A stretch of DNA of 32,000 bases from an uncultured Opitutales bacterium (lineage in GTDB: Bacteria > Verrucomicrobiota > Verrucomicrobiia > Opitutales > Intestinicryptomonadaceae). The stretch's first letter is position 1, and each line of letters begins with the position of its first letter. A program made the position numbers and the translations under genes. Below the pieces are notes generated by a model that did not search any database, was not told the DNA's origin, and saw only the letters and a program-made list of their open reading frames with translations. This document shows positions 26,869-32,000 of this stretch, piece after piece. The stretch covers positions 180,518 to 212,517 of the forward strand of contig CAKTSY010000005.1 in assembly GCA_934613415.1 (NCBI GenBank), given 5' to 3'.

Positions 26869-29504
26869 GATATTATCCTCGCTATTTCCGCCTTATATGA
26901 ATCTTTGCGAGCCATAAGGAATAAGCATTTACCATTAGAACGTTCAGCCCATAATTCTCCTATTATTCTCTTCGCTTTTGAGTCATCATTTGAATAAAGA
27001 TGTTCCCCCTTATATTCTATTGCAAAAATGCGTCCATCATTAAGAAGACAGATAAAATCAGGATAAAAACGTGTTTTCGCAGTAGGAAGCCAGAAAGAAG
27101 TATCTTCCTTTTTCTCTATATTCCTAATCCAATATTTCACTTCTGGTAAATTATCTATGAAGTGGGCACACTCTATTTCATCGGAATTCATAGATGCGAC
27201 CTGCGGGAAATAATGCTTTTTAAAATTATTTTCGATTGGATCGCTTACTGGATACTTATCAGGGTTAAATACGAAAGCATAATCATGTTCAGTTCCAGAC
27301 AATTTTATTGGAGTGTCTTTTGAGTCTAACAAAAATTCAAGTTGTTTGTCGAAATATGCCGCTTCAGCCGTCTGTTTATGAATTCTAAAAAGTTCACGAA
27401 TATGGCGAATAAACCCCCACCTTTCCCTTACAAAGTCAGATAACGATGCTTCATACCTAATCATAGATTGTTGTAAAACATAGGTAATGAAAGCAACAGC
27501 GTTTTGTCTGTCTGTATCTGGGTGGATTATATTTCTATCAATCCATGATACTAACTGCGTTTCTGTCCAACTTTCAGGCGGAGTAATAATTCGCAAATCT
27601 TGCTGAATATCGCTTGTAAAATCGAGCTTGATTTTCCCGTCTTCGCCGATCGTTCCAAGAACGATATTGTTGTCTTTTGCATTTGGATTAAAAATGAAGT
27701 TTGTTGAATCGTCCTTATAATCAAGGATATTCCAGTCGCCGTCTATGATTCGCGTATCAGTATCAAGAAGTTCAAATTCACCTTGTACAAGGATTCCAAG
27801 TGTCGGTACTTTAAATGGCTCATTTCTTTCCGATGGTGATGAAAATATTTTTTCAGTAATTTCACGTTGTTGCTTTATTGTTTGTTTAACGATTTCCTTG
27901 TCAGTTTCATCTGAAACTAGATCCAAGATTTCTTTTTCTTGTTCTTCAGACAATACATTTTTTACCGAAAGTTCTTTTGTTTGAGGATTAAATTCTATTT
28001 TCTCTTTTAGTTCCATTGAAAACTTTTCAGTATTTAGTGGAACACTCAACGTACAAATCTTTTTAGGTATTCTACGTGTTTCTAAGGGTAAAGTTGTTTG
28101 TTGTCCTTCCCGAATAAAATCTGAAGCTTCCATTTTCTCAAAACCGCTTTCGATTAACGAATCACGCAACGAGCTAGCTGCTAATTGGAAATTTTCAGAT
28201 ACCGCAAAAGCGTATGCACAATTTAATGCCAACGTTTCCTTTTTTGTAACACGTGGAAGACGTAAAATACGTCCTAAAATCTGTTCTACGGCTGTCTGTG
28301 AACGTTGCTCGGCAAGAGAACACAGGACATAAGCAAATGGACAATCCCACCCCTCTTTTAAGGAATCAACCGTAATTATATAACGAATTTTGCATTCATC
28401 GGACAGCAAATCTTTACCTTTTGCTTCGCTTCTCTCGTATGCTTCCATTGCGATTTCGGCTTTAGGGATTTGACATTCTCCGAGCAGATAATCTTCTATT
28501 TTGTCCGTAGTGATATTTTCGGGGTGTGCTTGCTCCTTATTTTGCGCCTTTATTAGCATTATAGGACGTATATACTCTCCAGTCTTAATCTTTTCTATTT
28601 TAGCTAATTCATTCAGCACGTTAAGTTCCGCGATCGCGTGATTTAAAATGTCTTTCCAATTACGCTTTACTTCAAGGCGTACTGGAAGTTTTATCATATC
28701 TTCGGTAAATAATTCATGAGCGGAAACGTGATGTAATACATTGCTTGGCGTGTTATTACCTTCACCTTTTGAAGGCGTCGCTGTAAACTCTATAATTGCT
28801 GACGGACTAAAAGCCCTAAGCATATCAAACGAAAGCGGACTTCTAGCATTGTGCGCTTCATCAACTATTACAATCGGGTGGCGCATACGCAGGACATTTG
28901 CCAAAGAATATTCAATTAGTCCATTTTCATCTTTTAAAAGTTTTTCTGAAACTTTTGGATCAAGCCCAGAAAAATGCGACATCAAACTTCCGTTTTCGTC
29001 ATAGGCTTTTCGGGATTCTTTGTTTCTTACTCGAAATGCTTGCATTGTGGAAACAATTATGGTTGTTGCGCCATCTAATATGGCTTTAGTCAGCCCATAG
29101 CATTCTTGAATTTCGCGGATTTCAATTTCGCCGAGAGTTGCGGTTAACGCTTGTCGATATGGGTGTTCTCGGTCTTTTAATGCGGTAAGTGTTTGAACTC
29201 TGATCGGATCACTTGGAACAAGCCATAACACACAAGCGTGTTCTTGCTTTAACAAATTGTCTTTTGCAATACGTATGGAATGACATGCCAAAAGCGTTTT
29301 TCCACCGCCAGTAGGAAGCCTGAGGCAAACATATGGCATATTGGCGTCGAATCCGCTTATAGATTTGTAATCTCTATTTTCGCCAAACTTTTCATATATC
29401 GTATCGATAAAGGCTTTTCTGGCGTCGTGTATTTGGGAAACCTTATCGAAATATAAAGATAATGTATCAAGAGTCTCTTGTTGATAATTCTTTAGCAATA
29501 CCAT
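26859..29504 (-). CDS. res: Type III restriction enzyme Res subunit (SF2 helicase plus C-terminal PD-(D/E)xK nuclease)
   Basis: Motif I LRLPTGGGKT, motif II VIVDEAHN, motif III FTATP, then LKEGWDCPF and QILGRILR. C-terminal FYPDFICL...FAIEYKG. Confidence 0.9.
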   Translation of the reverse strand: MVLLKNYQQETLDTLSLYFDKVSQIHDARKAFIDTIYEKFGENRDYKSISGFDANMPYVCLRLPTGGGKTLLACHSIRIAKDNLLKQEHACVLWLVPSDPIRVQTLTALKDREHPYRQALTATLGEIEIREIQECYGLTKAILDGATTIIVSTMQAFRVRNKESRKAYDENGSLMSHFSGLDPKVSEKLLKDENGLIEYSLANVLRMRHPIVIVDEAHNARSPLSFDMLRAFSPSAIIEFTATPSKGEGNNTPSNVLHHVSAHELFTEDMIKLPVRLEVKRNWKDILNHAIAELNVLNELAKIEKIKTGEYIRPIMLIKAQNKEQAHPENITTDKIEDYLLGECQIPKAEIAMEAYERSEAKGKDLLSDECKIRYIITVDSLKEGWDCPFAYVLCSLAEQRSQTAVEQILGRILRLPRVTKKETLALNCAYAFAVSENFQLAASSLRDSLIESGFEKMEASDFIREGQQTTLPLETRRIPKKICTLSVPLNTEKFSMELKEKIEFNPQTKELSVKNVLSEEQEKEILDLVSDETDKEIVKQTIKQQREITEKIFSSPSERNEPFKVPTLGILVQGEFELLDTDTRIIDGDWNILDYKDDSTNFIFNPNAKDNNIVLGTIGEDGKIKLDFTSDIQQDLRIITPPESWTETQLVSWIDRNIIHPDTDRQNAVAFITYVLQQSMIRYEASLSDFVRERWGFIRHIRELFRIHKQTAEAAYFDKQLEFLLDSKDTPIKLSGTEHDYAFVFNPDKYPVSDPIENNFKKHYFPQVASMNSDEIECAHFIDNLPEVKYWIRNIEKKEDTSFWLPTAKTRFYPDFICLLNDGRIFAIEYKGEHLYSNDDSKAKRIIGELWAERSNGKCLFLMARKDSYKAEIARIISCK

Positions 29505-29513
29505 TTTGAAGCC

Positions 29514-31205
29514 TTATTTATCAAATATTGAATAGGGTATCTGACGAAACACTATATTGTTTTTGCGCAACATCATTTCGCTTAACCCGCAAGCCGTTCC
29601 GTATATAATTTTTACACCGTCGTGTTTTGGTAAATTTTTTAGGACTTTTTGAGTAAGACGATTTCCACCGTTTACGGAATTATCGCCGAGAATACCGTTG
29701 TAAAGCAGGTATATAGCAACTCCGTTAGAAACTCCGATAAGAGGAGTTTTAAATTCCGTATTGTTATAAGCAAGCGGAGTTCCAGTGGCCATAAAGAAAA
29801 CGTGTCTGGCTAAGTCGGCATATTTGATGTTCGGATTTATATCGCCGTCAGCCGTGTACATCGGCTCACCGAGTTTTGCGAATTTAAATCCCGTTTGTTC
29901 CTGCAACCCATCGCGTTCTATTACACGTTTTGCGCGCTCCCGAGTAATTGATTCGGCGACTTGCGGCAACATTTCGCAAAGAATGAATTTGCGGTTTCCT
30001 TTGTCTTCTTTATTAAGTTCCAATACCGCTTGCGCCGTTGTTCCGCTACCAGCAAAAGAATCAAGGACAAGGGAGTCTTTAAAACTTGCTATTGACAATA
30101 AGTGAGCTATCAATGCTGATGGTTTTGCATAATTAAATTCCAATCCTAAATCTTCCAATTCTTGAGTTCCAATACTATTGGGAAACTCTTCTATAAAATC
30201 TTGCAATATTTCTTTTTTTTGAATTGAACCATTTTTATCTACAACTTCATCTTTAAAAATTTTTTTCCTGATTGTCCATTTTGATTTGTTGCCATTTTCA
30301 TCAATAAACGGTGATTTTTTTGATATGGAAAAATAAAAACGTCCAATCGCCTTTTCTTTCTTATATCGTTCTATACCCCAAGTCCAACATTTATCCTGCT
30401 GTGATTCTGGAAATACTTGGGCTCCATCAATTTTTTCTTTTGGCATAACATTCCCAGGAGGTATTATTAAAGAACCATCTGGACATTCTATAAAATAACG
30501 TTGATTCTTTCTTACATCGAGTTTTGCCCTAAAAGGGATTTCTCCTTTTAGAAAATAACGAGTTTTGCTATTAAAGATTTCTGTTTCCCATTTATAGACT
30601 GATTCATTTATAATTTTACCAAAAGTATGTTTTTTAACAGAAGATATTTCTCTTGCGTAACATAATACATAATCTTTTTTAGGCTTTAAAAAGTCTCCTT
30701 TGTTCCCACCTTTTTTTGTTATTCGAGCAATGTTGCCAACAAAATTCTGGGAATCAAAAATTTCATCAGAAATCAACTTCAAATTTGCATATTCTATATC
30801 GCCAATGCTTATAAAAATAAATCCATCTACAGTAAGAAACTCTTTCAATAATGAAAGCCTTGGGTACATCATACAAAGCCATTTGTCGTGGCGTGATAAG
30901 TCTTCCATTTCTTTACCTACAACTTGTCCGAGCCATTTTTTTATTTCCGGCGAATTTACATTGTCATTATAAACCCATCCTTCATTGCCGGTATTATACG
31001 GCGGATCTATGTATATACACTTGACTTTCCCTTTGTAGTAGGGGAGCAAGGCTTTTAGCGTAACGAGATTGTCGCCCTCCACTATAAGATTTCCGCTGTC
31101 TTTTTTACCAAAGCTTAAAGACTCATCCTCTTTCAAAATATGAAATGGAATCTCTCTATGGTGATTAACAACGGCTTTTTTTCCTATCCAGTCTAACGTT
31201 GGCAT
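29514..31205 (-). CDS. mod: Type III R-M Mod subunit (beta-class N6-adenine/N4-cytosine DNA methyltransferase)
   Basis: Motif IV IYIDPPYNTG lies N-terminal to motif I VLDSFAGSGTTAQAV (beta permutation). N-terminus MPTLDWIGKK. Ends 9 nt upstream of res. Confidence 0.92.
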   Translation of the reverse strand: MPTLDWIGKKAVVNHHREIPFHILKEDESLSFGKKDSGNLIVEGDNLVTLKALLPYYKGKVKCIYIDPPYNTGNEGWVYNDNVNSPEIKKWLGQVVGKEMEDLSRHDKWLCMMYPRLSLLKEFLTVDGFIFISIGDIEYANLKLISDEIFDSQNFVGNIARITKKGGNKGDFLKPKKDYVLCYAREISSVKKHTFGKIINESVYKWETEIFNSKTRYFLKGEIPFRAKLDVRKNQRYFIECPDGSLIIPPGNVMPKEKIDGAQVFPESQQDKCWTWGIERYKKEKAIGRFYFSISKKSPFIDENGNKSKWTIRKKIFKDEVVDKNGSIQKKEILQDFIEEFPNSIGTQELEDLGLEFNYAKPSALIAHLLSIASFKDSLVLDSFAGSGTTAQAVLELNKEDKGNRKFILCEMLPQVAESITRERAKRVIERDGLQEQTGFKFAKLGEPMYTADGDINPNIKYADLARHVFFMATGTPLAYNNTEFKTPLIGVSNGVAIYLLYNGILGDNSVNGGNRLTQKVLKNLPKHDGVKIIYGTACGLSEMMLRKNNIVFRQIPYSIFDK

Positions 31206-31432
31206 ATTTTTCTAGTTCACTTTAAAAATTTTTTAATATTTTAAATAGCCTAACAAGCTTTGCGTTTTTTTCAAGCCTTGTTTCGGTTTTTATTACTACG
31301 ACAGTTAATTTATTAAAATTAAAGTCTATTATATTTATCTACACACAAAAAATATTGCAACTAAACGCAACTAAGATTTTTTGCAAAATTGCAATATATT
31401 AAGAGCAAGGAAGTTAATAGTTTTCGACCTAT

Positions 31433-31447
31433 TCCCTCTCTCTCCGC
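31433..31447. repeat. Right copy of the direct repeat (putative attR; displaced, degenerate tRNA-Ser 3' fragment)
   Basis: TCCCTCTCTCTCCGC is identical to 26193-26207. Upstream TTCGA...TCCC resembles the T-loop with a small insertion. Confidence 0.7.
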
Positions 31448-31452
31448 GTTTT

Positions 31453-31485
31453 AAATTTCACACGAACCCGTGTGAAATTTTTTTT
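31453..31485 (+). terminator. Perfect 12-bp hairpin terminator directly after the displaced tRNA fragment (probably the tRNA's original terminator)
   Basis: AAATTTCACACG aacc CGTGTGAAATTT followed by T5. Confidence 0.7.
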
Positions 31486-31577
31486 GCCCATTCGCCGCCA
31501 ATCCGCTCCACAATGATCAGTGACAGAAGGTTTGAATAACGGGATATAGGGGGAGATTATGGAAGATTACGGGATAA

Positions 31578-31871
31578 ACAAAGGGTTTGCGGGTGATTTT
31601 TACGCGTGGCACAGGTTTTGGCAAAATATGCCCGAAAAACTGGGAACGCCGTTGGCAGAACATAAGGCAAAACAGCGGTTTTAGCCGCAAAGCGTTGCCG
31701 TGGCAGGCCGACGTTTTGCGGCACACTTACGCCAGCTTTTTTGCCAAGCGTTTTAAAGACCTGCCAAGGCTACAGCTAAATATGGGCCACAGCAACCAAA
31801 TGCTATTAAAAAGCCGCTACATAAACATGCGCAACATTTCCCACCTAGAAGCCCAAAAGTTCTTCAACTAA
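31578..31871 (+). pseudogene. Tyrosine recombinase (phage-type integrase) C-terminal remnant
   Basis: Only about 97 codons are open, bounded upstream by TAA at 31575-31577. Box II-like ADVLRHTYASFF and MGHSNQMLLKSRYI (catalytic Tyr region). The N-terminal roughly 200-300 aa expected for the family are absent. Confidence 0.7.
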
Positions 31872-32000
31872 GCCCTCGCATTTTGCAGCAGCCAAAATAA
31901 AAAATGCCGCAACTAAAAAAAGCTACAGTTTCATATAAATTAAAGGGTATGTCCGCCCCTGTTCGTCGCACGGTGTTCGTTTATACGGCTTAAAGCCAAG

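Noticed and set aside
30213-30220. A8 run inside mod, considered as a possible phase-variation tract (phasevarion).
   Set aside because: The run is short and the gene is intact. Comparable runs occur in core genes. No tetra- or pentanucleotide repeat of the kind typical of phase-variable mod genes was seen.
31517-31726. 69-aa minus-strand ORF near the window end.
   Set aside because: It is antisense to the integrase remnant, which has recognisable catalytic-domain motifs. This ORF has none.

Overview
Chromosomal window from a mid-G+C bacterium. The phylum cannot be determined by eye. Shine-Dalgarno use is patchy, and the gene set suggests a polysaccharide-degrading Gram-negative-type organism. 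Positions 1-26209 look like core genome: mutS (3' part), uvrC, miaA and a LysM/parB/secreted-protein operon. These are followed by prfB with its classical +1 frameshift, an ECF sigma/anti-sigma pair, an unannotated 59-aa basic ORF plus rpmB, and a small pectin-type CAZyme cluster (GH28-like beta-helix, metallophosphoesterase, SASA-type acetylesterase). Next come nusA and the infB-rbfA-nrnA-truB-ribF block, then dnaJ-grpE (grpE carries a Cys/His-rich N-terminal extension), two coupled unknown secreted/membrane proteins, and tRNA-Ser(UGA). Positions ~26193-31447 are a visibly AT-richer ~5.2 kb islet inserted at the 3' end of tRNA-Ser and bounded by a 15-nt direct repeat. It carries a complete Type III restriction-modification system (mod, res) and a translationally coupled small membrane-protein gene. 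That gene is split into two ORFs exactly at an A9 run containing the dnaX/IS3-type A_AAA_AAG -1 slippery heptamer. To the right of the islet lie the displaced tRNA 3' fragment, what looks like the tRNA's original terminator, and a truncated tyrosine-integrase remnant. No CRISPR array, rRNA or intact transposase was seen. The best candidate for something undescribed is the frameshift-dependent membrane protein attached to the Type III system. All functional statements about it are inference.
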